DNA of 64,000 bases from contig OY969422.1 of the NCBI GenBank assembly GCA_963699215.1, forward strand, positions 723,536 to 787,535, given 5' to 3'. Shown one piece after another: positions 10,801 through 21,096 of this stretch. The notes under the pieces were generated by a model. The model saw only the letters and a program-made list of their open reading frames with translations. It was not told the origin of the DNA and did not search any database. The position numbers were made by a program, and so were the translations under genes. The number at the start of each line of letters is the position of its first letter. The stretch's first letter is position 1. Origin of the DNA: an uncultured Solirubrobacterales bacterium (GTDB taxonomy: Bacteria > Actinomycetota > Thermoleophilia > Solirubrobacterales > 70-9).

Positions 10801-11604
10801 CTAGCGTTTGTCCTTGGCGAACGCGTCCGCGATCTGCTCGGCTGCCTTCTGGCCGGTCGAGCCACGCTGCGCGCGGACGGCAATGCTCGGGCTGGCCAGG
10901 GCGACGTGTGTCATGAAGCGGTCGACCGGCGGTGCGACGACGACCTCGAGCTTGTCGCGCTCGACCGCCCTGACGACTCCGGCGCCGACCTGCTCCGGCG
11001 AGCTCGTCCCCATCGGCGGCGGCGGCTTGGCGCCGGCGTCGGCGAACATGCCCGCGTCGCGGATGAAGCCCGGCGAGACCAGCGAGACACCGACCCCCTT
11101 CGGCAGCAGGTCGGTGCGCAGGGCCAGGGCAAAGCCGCGCAGGCCGAACTTGGTCGCGCAGTAGAGGGAGGCGCGCGGGGTCCCAGCCTTGCCGTTGAGC
11201 GAGCAGATGAAGACGAGCTGGCCGGACTCGCGTTCGACCATCCCCGGCGACAGCGCCTGCGCCATCAGCATCGGTGCCTCGAGGTTGACGCGCAGCGCCC
11301 TGCTGACCTCCTCTGGAGTGAAGTCCTCGAGCAGTCCGGCGCCGCCGACGCCGGCGTTGGCGACGAGGACGTCTACGTGGCCCGCTTCCCCAGCGAGCTT
11401 CTCGGCGGCGCCGGGCTCGGCCAGGTCGGTCGGTAGCACGCGGTGTCCCTCGCCCGGCAGCTCCGCCGCGAGCGCCTCCAGCGCCTCCGCCTTGCGGCCG
11501 CTGAGGATCAGCTTCGCCCCCCGCGTCGCCAGCGCCGCGGCGATCGCGCGGCCGAGGCCGCCGGTGGCGCCGGTGAGCAGGGTCGTGCGGTCGGCAAGTT
11601 CCAT
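10801..11604 (-). CDS. Short-chain dehydrogenase/reductase
   Basis: ORF 10801..11754. The credible start is MELADRTTLLTGATGGLGRAIA at 11604. YCATKFGLRG supplies the YxxxK motif. Confidence 0.8.
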   Translation of the reverse strand: MELADRTTLLTGATGGLGRAIAAALATRGAKLILSGRKAEALEALAAELPGEGHRVLPTDLAEPGAAEKLAGEAGHVDVLVANAGVGGAGLLEDFTPEEVSRALRVNLEAPMLMAQALSPGMVERESGQLVFICSLNGKAGTPRASLYCATKFGLRGFALALRTDLLPKGVGVSLVSPGFIRDAGMFADAGAKPPPPMGTSSPEQVGAGVVRAVERDKLEVVVAPPVDRFMTHVALASPSIAVRAQRGSTGQKAAEQIADAFAKDKR

Positions 11605-11737
11605 CTCAGGCCGCAAGCTAGCACCCAGACAGCCGACAGGAATTTGGGATGAAAGTGCGAAAGGCCACAAAATGTTGGTTTTTTGTAAGCATCCGCCCGG
11701 GCAATCGTCTACACTGCCCGCCGTTCCGAACAACCGA

Positions 11738-11870
11738 AACGCCGAATCCCGCAAGCCAGGAGGCGCAGCGGGAACGGGGGAACCACGTTTTCGGGGCTAA
11801 CCCGCTCGACATAGGGCGGGGGCGCAGGCTCCTTTTCGCGCTAGCCCGACAGCTAACCCCGTAGGCCGAC
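11738..11870 (+). promoter_or_regulatory. c-di-AMP riboswitch (ydaO/yuaA class) in the 5' leader of the NlpC/P60 gene
   Basis: Blocks characteristic of the class are visible: GCCGAATCC, ACGGGGGAACCAC, CGGGGCTAACCC, TAGGGCG and GCCCGACAGCTAACCCCGTAGGCC. They are followed by the SD GAAGGAG and a TTG start at 11884. The boundaries are approximate. Confidence 0.75.
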
Positions 11871-11883
11871 GAAGGAGATCGGT

Positions 11884-12441
11884 TTGCCTAAGAACAGCTC
11901 AAAGCTCAAGGCGGGGGTGGCTGCAGTTGCGGCGCTGGCGGTCCTCGCTCTCTTTGCACCATCGGCCAGCGCCAGCTGCGACGGCGGCGGCTTGACCCCC
12001 GCCGAAGTCGACATGTGCACGCCGACGCCGAAAGCGCGGCTGCTCGGCAACGGGATGCTGATCCCGCCCAAATCCGCTCCGGCACGGGTCAAGGGCGCGA
12101 TCGCGTTCGCCAACCGGATTCGCAACAAGCCCTACATCTTCGGCGGCGGCCATCGCCGCTGGTGGGACGCGGGCTACGACTGCTCCGGCTCGGTCAGCTA
12201 CGCGCTGCGCGGGGGCAACTTCCTCAGCAGCCCGATGCCCTCCGGCCCGCTGGCCAACTGGGGCATGAGCGGCGAAGGCCGCTGGATCACGGTCTACGCC
12301 AACGCCGGCCACACCTACGCGGTGATCGCCGGCTACCGCTGGGACACCTCCGGCAACACCGACGGCAAAACCGGTCCGAGCTGGCACGAAGACGTGCGTG
12401 ACGGCGCCGGTTTCATCGCCCGTCACCCAGCCGGCTTCTAA
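11884..12441 (+). CDS. Secreted NlpC/P60-family cell-wall hydrolase
   Basis: Signal peptide (AAVAALAVLALFAPSASA) and the catalytic-Cys motif YDCSGSVSYAL. Confidence 0.75.
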   Translation: MPKNSSKLKAGVAAVAALAVLALFAPSASASCDGGGLTPAEVDMCTPTPKARLLGNGMLIPPKSAPARVKGAIAFANRIRNKPYIFGGGHRRWWDAGYDCSGSVSYALRGGNFLSSPMPSGPLANWGMSGEGRWITVYANAGHTYAVIAGYRWDTSGNTDGKTGPSWHEDVRDGAGFIARHPAGF

Positions 12442-12468
12442 AACGCTTCGGGGCAGGGGTCCCGTAGG

Positions 12469-12499
12469 CCACCCCGGCCAACCGGCCGGGGTGGTTTTG
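12469..12499 (+). terminator. Rho-independent terminator
   Basis: CCACCCCGGCC-aacc-GGCCGGGGTGG followed by TTTT, immediately after the hydrolase stop codon. Confidence 0.7.
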
Positions 12500-12560
12500 T
12501 CCTTGACCTCCTGAACCACTCGGATAACTTCTCCATGTAGCTACTCCACCTGACATTCGC

Positions 12561-13568
12561 TTGGAGAGCCTCACCAAGCATTACGGCGAGGTACGGGCGG
12601 TTGCGGGCATCGACCTGGATATCGAGGCGGGCGAGTTCTTCACGCTGCTCGGACCCTCCGGATCGGGCAAGACGACGACGCTGCGGATGATCGCTGGGTT
12701 CGAGGACCCCAGCGGCGGCACGATCGAGTTGGCCGGACGGGACATGAGCGGGGTCCCTCCGTACGACCGCGCGGTCAACACGGTCTTTCAGGACTACGCG
12801 CTGTTCCCCCATATGACGGTCGGCGAGAACGTCGAGTACGGCCTGCGGGTCGCCGGCACGGACAAGGGGGAGCGGGCTCGGCGGCGCGACGAGGCCCTGG
12901 AGATGGTCCGCCTGCCCGGCTACGGCGGGCGCAAGCCGGGCGAGCTCTCGGGAGGGCAGCGGCAGCGGGTCGCGCTCGCCCGGGCGATCGTCAACCGCCC
13001 CCGGGTCCTGCTGCTCGACGAGCCGCTCGGCGCGCTCGACCTGAAGCTGCGCGAGCAGATGCAGAGCGAGCTGAAGACGATCCAGGGCGAGGTCGGCATC
13101 ACCTTCGTCTACGTCACCCACGACCAGGACGAGGCGCTGCGGATGAGCGACCGGATCGCCGTCTTCAACGAGGGCAGGATCGAGCAGGTCAGCGCGCCGA
13201 TCGAGCTCTACGAGCAGCCGGCAACCGAGTTCGTCGCCGGCTTCGTCGGCGTCTCCAACCTGCTCGAGCGCGACGGCGGGCGCTTCACGATCCGGCCGGA
13301 GAAGATCCAGCTGCTGGACCCGGGCGCGACGCCGAACGGCCTGCGGACCGAGCGCGGGCGGATCGCCGAGATCGCCTACGCGGGGATGGTCACCCGCTAC
13401 ACGGTCGCGCTGGAGGCAGGCGGAGAGCTTCAACTCGTACGGCAGAACGTGGAAGGGACGTCGAACGACGCGCCCTCCGAGCAGGGGATGGAGGTGCTGG
13501 TGGGATGGCGGCCGGAATACGCGGTGTCGGTCCCGCAGACAACCAAGCAAGAGGAGGATCGACCGTGA
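12561..13568 (+). CDS. ABC transporter ATP-binding protein, PotA-like (polyamine type)
   Basis: GPSGSGKTT, LSGGQRQRVALARA and LLLDEP motifs, plus a C-terminal TOBE-like region. TTG start as given in the track. Confidence 0.85.
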   Translation: MESLTKHYGEVRAVAGIDLDIEAGEFFTLLGPSGSGKTTTLRMIAGFEDPSGGTIELAGRDMSGVPPYDRAVNTVFQDYALFPHMTVGENVEYGLRVAGTDKGERARRRDEALEMVRLPGYGGRKPGELSGGQRQRVALARAIVNRPRVLLLDEPLGALDLKLREQMQSELKTIQGEVGITFVYVTHDQDEALRMSDRIAVFNEGRIEQVSAPIELYEQPATEFVAGFVGVSNLLERDGGRFTIRPEKIQLLDPGATPNGLRTERGRIAEIAYAGMVTRYTVALEAGGELQLVRQNVEGTSNDAPSEQGMEVLVGWRPEYAVSVPQTTKQEEDRP

Positions 13569-14752
13569 GGAAAGAGAACGCACATCCCGCAAGGGCGGCC
13601 TGGTTCGTGGTCGCCGGCCTGCTCGCCTTCATGCTGCTCCTGGCAGGCTGCGGCGGGGGCGACGACGATTCAGGCAGCGAAGAACTCGCCAAGCTCGGCA
13701 AGGGAGAGGGCCAAGTCGACCTGATCGCCTGGGGCGGCTATGTCGAACCCGCCTGGTCGAAGCCGTTCGAACAGAAGACCGGCTGCAAGGTCAACAACAA
13801 GGTCGCCGGCACCTCCGACGAAATGGTGCAGCTGATGCGCAGCGGCCAGTACGACGGGGTCTCCGCCTCCGGCAACGCCACCGCGCGTCTGGTCGACGGC
13901 AATGACGTCGCTCCCGTCAATGTCGACCTCGTCCCCAACTACGAGACGATCTTCAGCGATCTGAAGAACCAGCCCTACAACACCTTCGACGACAAGCCCT
14001 ACGGGATCCCCCACGGCCGCGGCGCCAACCTGCTGATGTGGAACTCGGACGACGTCAAGCCGGCGCCGACCTCCTGGGACGTGATCCTCGACCCGAAACT
14101 GGCCGCTAAGTACAAGGGCAAAATCAGCGCCTACGACGACCCGATCTACATCGCCGACGCGGCGGTCTACCTGAAGGCGCACCAGCCCGACCTGGGGATC
14201 GAAAACCCCTACGAGCTGAACGACGAGCAGTTCGAAGCCGCGGTGAACCTGCTGAAGGAACAGCGGCCCAACGTCGGCGAATACTGGTCCGATCTGACCA
14301 AGCAGATCTCCTCCTTCGCCGGTGGCGACAGCCAGGTTGGGACGACTTGGCAGTATCAGTACTTCGCCCTGCAGGAAGAAGGGGCTCCGGTGGCGGCCAG
14401 CCCGGCGAGCCAGGGCTTCCTGCCGACCGAGGGGGCGACGGGCTGGTCGGATACCTGGATGATCAGCAACGAAGCCAAACATCCCAACTGCATGTACATG
14501 TGGATGGACTGGATCGTCTCGCCGAAAGTCAACGCCGAAGTGGCCGAAGTCTTCGGCGAGGCCCCGGCGCAGAGCCTGGCCTGCGAACACACCGCGGACA
14601 AAGAATTCTGCAGCAAATACCACGCCGAAAATCCCGGCTTCTGGAAACGCGTCTACTACTGGGAAACGCCGCTCGCCGACTGCGGCAACGGCAACGACGA
14701 CTGCAAGGACTACAACGAGTGGGTCCAGGCTTGGACCACGATCAAAGGCTGA
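13565..14752 (+). CDS. ABC substrate-binding lipoprotein, PotD/PotF-like
   Basis: GTG at 13565 overlaps the upstream stop (GTGA). Lipobox LLLAGC. Periplasmic-binding-protein-like sequence. Confidence 0.8.
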   Translation: MRKENAHPARAAWFVVAGLLAFMLLLAGCGGGDDDSGSEELAKLGKGEGQVDLIAWGGYVEPAWSKPFEQKTGCKVNNKVAGTSDEMVQLMRSGQYDGVSASGNATARLVDGNDVAPVNVDLVPNYETIFSDLKNQPYNTFDDKPYGIPHGRGANLLMWNSDDVKPAPTSWDVILDPKLAAKYKGKISAYDDPIYIADAAVYLKAHQPDLGIENPYELNDEQFEAAVNLLKEQRPNVGEYWSDLTKQISSFAGGDSQVGTTWQYQYFALQEEGAPVAASPASQGFLPTEGATGWSDTWMISNEAKHPNCMYMWMDWIVSPKVNAEVAEVFGEAPAQSLACEHTADKEFCSKYHAENPGFWKRVYYWETPLADCGNGNDDCKDYNEWVQAWTTIKG

Positions 14753-14769
14753 TCGACCGGGCCTGACGA

Positions 14770-15657
14770 ATGGAGGCTGAAGCAGCCGTGAGCAAGAGGT
14801 CGGCGGGCCACAGGCTCGCCGACCTCTTCCACGGCCGCCCCCGCCTGCAGGTCGGCACGCTCCTGGCCGGGCCGGTCGGCTGGCTGGTCGTCGGCTACCT
14901 GGGCTCCCTCGCGGTCCTGCTGGTCGCGGCCTTCTGGACCGTCGACCCTCTCTCCGGCGAAGTCGCGCGGGGATTCAGCCTCGAAAACTTCGAAACGCTC
15001 TTCGACGAACCGGTCTACCGCGACATCGCCTGGCGGACGATCCTGATCGCCGCCCTCGTCACCGTCACCGATGCCGTCCTCGCCTTCCCGATCGCCTTCT
15101 ACATGGCGAAGCTGGCAAGCCGGCGCGGCAAGGCGATCCTGATCGTCGCGGTGCTGCTGCCGCTCTGGTCGAGCTACCTGGTCAAGGTCTACGCCTGGCG
15201 GACGATGCTCTCCGCCGACGGCGTGCTCAACTGGGCGCTGGAGCCGTTCGGGCTGCACGGCCCCGGCTTCGGCAACACCGCCGTCTGGCTGGTGATGAGC
15301 TACCTCTGGCTGCCGTACATGATCCTGCCGATCTACGCCGGGCTGGAGCGCATCCCCAACTCGCTGATCAGCGCCTCCGAGGATCTCGGCGCCTCGCCCT
15401 TCACCACCTTCCGTCGGGTGATCCTGCCGCTCGCCTTCCCCGCGGTGGTCGCCGGCTCGATCTTCACCTTCGCCCTCACCCTCGGCGACTACATCACGCC
15501 GCGCCTGGTCTCCAACAACCAGTTCATCGGCAACGTCATCTTCAACAACATCGTCAACAACCTGCCGCTTGCATCGGCCTTCGCGCTGGTCCCGATCGTG
15601 GTGATGATCGCCTACCTGCTGGTCGCCAGACGCCTGGGCGCCTTCGAGCACATCTAG
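14770..15657 (+). CDS. ABC transporter permease (PotB-like)
   Basis: Multi-TM ORF with a binding-protein-dependent transport permease signature region (EDLGASPFTTFRRVILP). Confidence 0.85.
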   Translation: MEAEAAVSKRSAGHRLADLFHGRPRLQVGTLLAGPVGWLVVGYLGSLAVLLVAAFWTVDPLSGEVARGFSLENFETLFDEPVYRDIAWRTILIAALVTVTDAVLAFPIAFYMAKLASRRGKAILIVAVLLPLWSSYLVKVYAWRTMLSADGVLNWALEPFGLHGPGFGNTAVWLVMSYLWLPYMILPIYAGLERIPNSLISASEDLGASPFTTFRRVILPLAFPAVVAGSIFTFALTLGDYITPRLVSNNQFIGNVIFNNIVNNLPLASAFALVPIVVMIAYLLVARRLGAFEHI

Positions 15658-15662
15658 GGAAG

Positions 15663-16508
15663 ATGAAACTCTCCCGACGCTCAACCCTGCTCCTCCGCCT
15701 CGCGATCGGAATCGGGCTCGCCTTCATCTACGTGCCGCTGATCGTGATCGCGATCTACGCCTTCAATGCAAGCAACGTGGTCGAGTGGCCGCCGTCCGGG
15801 CTGACCCTGGACTGGTTCCCCAAGGCGGTCGAGAGCGAATCGGTCCGCGATGCCCTCCTCACCTCGCTGAAGGCCGCCACGGCGGCGACGGCGATCGCGA
15901 TGCTGCTCGGAACCCTCGCCTCGCTGGCGGTGGCTCGCCACCGCTTCTTCGGCCGGGAGACGATCTCCTTCCTCGTCGTCCTGCCGATTGCGCTGCCGGG
16001 GATCGTCACCGGAGTCGCGATCAGCAACACCTTCACCCAGGTGCTGGGCGTGGACCTGGGCCTGCTCACGGTGGTCGTCGGGCACGCCACCTTCTGCATC
16101 GTCGTCGTCTACAACAACGTCGTCGCCCGCCTGCGCCGTGTCTCGACCTCCTTCGAGGAAGCCTCGGCCGACCTGGGCGCCCACACCTGGCAGACGTTCC
16201 GGCTCGTAACGCTTCCCAGCCTCAGAAGCGCGCTCGGGGCAGGCGCCCTGCTCGCCTTCGCCCTCTCCTTCGACGAGATCATCGTCACCACGTTCACGAT
16301 CGGCGCCGGCGAGGAAACGCTGCCGATCTGGATATTCACCAACCTCTTCCGCCCCAACCAGCTGCCGATCGTCAATGTCGTCGCGGTGCTGGTGGTGCTG
16401 ATCTCGATCGTCCCCGTCTACCTCGCCCACCGCCTCACCCGCGAGGAAGGCGGTGCGGCAGTGGCGCGCGGTGGCGCAACCGAAGCCGAGGCGACGGCGG
16501 TGCCGTAG
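15663..16508 (+). CDS. ABC transporter permease (PotC-like)
   Basis: Multi-TM ORF with an EAA-like loop (EEASADLGAHTWQTFRLVTLP). Confidence 0.85.
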   Translation: MKLSRRSTLLLRLAIGIGLAFIYVPLIVIAIYAFNASNVVEWPPSGLTLDWFPKAVESESVRDALLTSLKAATAATAIAMLLGTLASLAVARHRFFGRETISFLVVLPIALPGIVTGVAISNTFTQVLGVDLGLLTVVVGHATFCIVVVYNNVVARLRRVSTSFEEASADLGAHTWQTFRLVTLPSLRSALGAGALLAFALSFDEIIVTTFTIGAGEETLPIWIFTNLFRPNQLPIVNVVAVLVVLISIVPVYLAHRLTREEGGAAVARGGATEAEATAVP

Positions 16509-16518
16509 CCGACCGGCG

Positions 16519-17208
16519 CTACTGGCGAGCCAGGCGCTCGGCTTCCTCGCCGCCGACGTAGGGCGCCAGGGTCAGCTCGACCAGATCGGGCAGCAGCGCC
16601 TCGAGCCGGTCGGTGCGGCCGGCGCTGATCTCGCGCACGACCAGCGAGACGATGCCGCCGACCAGGGTCTCCTCGGTCGCCTCGGGGAGCGGGCGCTCGC
16701 CGCCGTGCTCGGGACGGCCCGCCTTGAGGATCTCGACCAGGCCCTGCATCGAGGCGCGGTGGCGAGCGGCGATCTCGCCACCGGCGGCAACCGGCTCGAT
16801 CATGCAGAGGCGGGCGAGCTCGGGCTCGCCGGCGAGGAAGCGCAGCATCGTCGCCAGCGCCGCGCGGACCTTCTGCGGCCAATCCTCGAACGAGTCGGCC
16901 GCGGCGCGCATCGAGGAGGCGATGTGCTCGGCGACCATCTCGTAGGCGGCCAGGAAGCAGGCTTCCTTGTCGGCGAAGTGCTCGTAGAAGGTGCGGCGGG
17001 AGACCGAGGCGGCCTTGGTTATGTGGGCGACCGTGGTCGCGTTGTAGCCGCGCTCGGCGACCGTGTCGACCAGCGCGGTGACGATCCGCTCGCGCTGGTT
17101 CTGGGCGATGAACTCGCGCGGCAGGCCGTGGCGTCCGGCGGGCAGGCGCGGCGAGGCCGCCGCTGGCGTCGCCGGCTCACCCCCCTTTTTCGCCTTCCCC
17201 TTTGCCAT
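16519..17208 (-). CDS. TetR-family transcriptional regulator
   Basis: HTH region ERGYNATTVAHITKAASVSRRTFYEHF, preceded by PAGRHGLPREFIAQNQRERI. Confidence 0.85.
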   Translation of the reverse strand: MAKGKAKKGGEPATPAAASPRLPAGRHGLPREFIAQNQRERIVTALVDTVAERGYNATTVAHITKAASVSRRTFYEHFADKEACFLAAYEMVAEHIASSMRAAADSFEDWPQKVRAALATMLRFLAGEPELARLCMIEPVAAGGEIAARHRASMQGLVEILKAGRPEHGGERPLPEATEETLVGGIVSLVVREISAGRTDRLEALLPDLVELTLAPYVGGEEAERLARQ

Positions 17209-17243
17209 AGGCCGACCATACCTCGACCGCCAGGCGATCCGCC

Positions 17244-17864
17244 TTACCGCAGAGGCTGAACCAGGAGCTCGTCCTCGGCGGCGCGGGCACCGAGGTACGG
17301 CATCGTCGCCAGGTAGACCAGCTCGGGGAGGAACTCCTCGCCGCGATCGATCGATCCGGACTCGACCCTGGTCATGACCGTGCCGTAGACGGCGCCGGCG
17401 GCGATTTCGGCGGTGCAGCGCGACACCGGCCGCTCGCCGTCGACCTCGCCGCGACCGCGGTCGAGCAGGTCGGCGATCCGCTGAACGACCCGGTCGCGGC
17501 GCGACTGGGCCCCGCTGCCGGCGCCGTTGACGGCGACCACGAGGAAGCGAGCCCGGAGAGGGTCCTCCTGCAGGAAGCGCATCGCTGCGAGGCCGGCGGC
17601 CCAGATCCGGTCGTGCCAGGACTCGCGCCCGTCACAGGCGGAGGCGGCGCGGCCGCAGAGCTCCTCGACGACCTCGTCGTGGAGGCCGAGGAAGCAATCC
17701 TCGAGGTCGGCGAAGCAGCGGTCGAAATGCGCCCGGCCGACGTCGGCTCGCGCGCAAAGCGCCTCGACGTCGACCGCGGCAAAGCCATCGCTGCCGACCA
17801 TCTCGACCATCGCGGCGGCAATCCTCTCCCGCGCAGGATCGCGTCCTCTGCGCGGGCGGCTCAC
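17244..17864 (-). CDS. TetR-family transcriptional regulator (divergent paralog)
   Basis: Same architecture as its neighbours (RERIAAAMVEMVGSDGFAAVDVEALCARADVGRAHFDRCF). Confidence 0.7.
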   Translation of the reverse strand: MSRPRRGRDPARERIAAAMVEMVGSDGFAAVDVEALCARADVGRAHFDRCFADLEDCFLGLHDEVVEELCGRAASACDGRESWHDRIWAAGLAAMRFLQEDPLRARFLVVAVNGAGSGAQSRRDRVVQRIADLLDRGRGEVDGERPVSRCTAEIAAGAVYGTVMTRVESGSIDRGEEFLPELVYLATMPYLGARAAEDELLVQPLR

Positions 17865-17913
17865 ATCGTCCTGGCCTGACTCCCTGCGCTCGGCTTTCTC
17901 CCGCTGGCCCGCA

Positions 17914-18624
17914 CTACGCCGCCGCCCGCCGGGCCTGGGCCACCTCCGCGGCGCGCGCCGCCTCGACCTCCCCGACGTAAGGGGTCAAGGTCACCTGCAG
18001 CATCTCCGGCAACAGCCCGGCGAGGTCGTCGGCGCGGTCGGCGACGAGCCGCTGGTGGACGAGCCACATCAGGCCGCCCGCGATCGCGACCTCGAGCCCG
18101 TCCGGGAGCCGGCTGGCCCGCGGGTTCATCTCCCGCCCCTCGCGCAGCTTCGGCGCGACGCTCTCCAGCATCGACTGGTACCGCTCCAGCGCCGCCCCGC
18201 CGGCTGCCTGGCTCTCGACGATGCAGAGCTTCGCCCGCGCCGGCTCGGCGAGGACCATCTCGAGGAAGACCTCGAGGCCGGAGGAGATCTGCTCGACCCA
18301 GGGCTGCTCGGGATCGACCAGCTCGGCGAAGACCTCGGCGGCGCCTTCGACGCTCTCGTCGAAGGCGGCTAGGAAGCACTCTTCCTTGTTGGCGAAGTGC
18401 TCGTAGAAGGTGACCAGGGCCACTCGGGCGGTCTTCGCGATCAGCTCGATCGTGGTCTTCTGGTAGCCGCGGTCGGCGACCAGCTCCGCCGTCGCCAGGA
18501 GCATCCGCTCGCGCTGGTTCTGGGAGACGAAGTCGCGGGGGATCAGGTGCCGCCCCGGCGGGAGCTTCGAGAGCCGCTCCGAGAGAGACCGCGAATCGGT
18601 CATTCCAAGACGGTACCAAAACAT
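17914..18624 (-). CDS. TetR-family transcriptional regulator
   Basis: PPGRHLIPRDFVSQNQRERMLLATAELVADRGYQKTTIELIAKTARVALVTFYEHF. An alternative ATG start lies at 18603. Confidence 0.85.
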   Translation of the reverse strand: MFWYRLGMTDSRSLSERLSKLPPGRHLIPRDFVSQNQRERMLLATAELVADRGYQKTTIELIAKTARVALVTFYEHFANKEECFLAAFDESVEGAAEVFAELVDPEQPWVEQISSGLEVFLEMVLAEPARAKLCIVESQAAGGAALERYQSMLESVAPKLREGREMNPRASRLPDGLEVAIAGGLMWLVHQRLVADRADDLAGLLPEMLQVTLTPYVGEVEAARAAEVAQARRAAA

Positions 18625-18644
18625 ATATCTGATGTCTACTTGCC

Positions 18645-18658
18645 TTTTCTACAGAAAA
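18645..18658. promoter_or_regulatory. Candidate operator palindrome in an AT-rich divergent promoter
   Basis: TTTTCT-ac-AGAAAA in the unusually AT-rich spacer 18625-18714 between divergent TetR genes. TGTCTA at 18633 and TAGACA at 18701 form a second inverted pair. Confidence 0.25.
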
Positions 18659-18714
18659 CATTGCGTTCTAGGCAACCTCGTTTCTAAAAGCTGCTATACC
18701 TAGACAAAAGGAGT

Positions 18715-19416
18715 ATGTTTTCAAACGGCGACAGCGGCTCGGTCATCGACTTCCCCGGCACCCGTGGCCGCCGGCCGCCTCGGGAGCGCATTCTGGAGGC
18801 GATCCTGCTCGAGAGCGGCGAGCTGGGCTACGAGCAGGTCGCCGTCAGGCATGTGATCGAGCGGGCGCAGACGAGCCGCGCGACCTTCTACAAGCATTTC
18901 AAGGATCGCGAGGACTGCTTCGCCCAGGCCTACGGCGACGCGGGCGAGTGGCTCTACCGGCGGCTGATCGGCGCCGGTAAGCGGCAACCCTCCTGGCGCG
19001 AGGGGCTGCGCGCGGCGCTGGCCGAGCTGCTCGAGTTCTGCGCCAACCAGCCGGCGACCGCCAAGGCCCTGCTGGTCGAGGTGCACGCCGCCGGCGAGGA
19101 GTCGCTGGCGCAGCGGCGCGAGTTGATGGAGCGCCTCTCGCAGGCGCTCGACGGCGCCCGTCGGGAGATCCCCGCCGGCCAAGCCCCTCCCCCCGTCACC
19201 TCCGATTTCATCGTCGGCGCGATCGACACGCTGCTCTCGGCCAAACTGCTCGACGGGGATGCCGCGCGCGCTCCCGAGATGCTCCCCGGCCTGCTCCACT
19301 TCGTCGTCATGCAGTACCTCGGCGAGTCCGCGGCCTGGGAGGAGATGACCGCCGCCCCGCTCGCCACCTGGCAAGCCCGGCGCGAGGCTGCCGCTCAGGG
19401 ACCGCCGGATCGCTAG
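18715..19416 (+). CDS. TetR-family transcriptional regulator
   Basis: RERILEAILLESGELGYEQVAVRHVIERAQTSRATFYKHF. SD AAAGGAG upstream. Confidence 0.85.
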   Translation: MFSNGDSGSVIDFPGTRGRRPPRERILEAILLESGELGYEQVAVRHVIERAQTSRATFYKHFKDREDCFAQAYGDAGEWLYRRLIGAGKRQPSWREGLRAALAELLEFCANQPATAKALLVEVHAAGEESLAQRRELMERLSQALDGARREIPAGQAPPPVTSDFIVGAIDTLLSAKLLDGDAARAPEMLPGLLHFVVMQYLGESAAWEEMTAAPLATWQARREAAAQGPPDR

Positions 19417-19425
19417 ACGCGATTC

Positions 19426-20994
<1,569 letters not shown>

Positions 20995-21044
20995 CGAAGG
21001 CGGTGCAGTCTATTTCGAGCCGGCGAGCCGTGCCCCGAGACGGC

Positions 21045-21070
21045 GAAGGACCCGCCGGAGCGGGCCCTTC
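21045..21070 (-). terminator. Hairpin terminator downstream of the repeat-protein gene
   Basis: GAAGGACCCGC-cgga-GCGGGCCCTTC. The single mismatch becomes a G-U wobble only on the minus-strand transcript. There is no T-tract. Confidence 0.45.
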
Positions 21071-21096
21071 ACAGCCCTCGTGTGCGCGTGCGCGAC

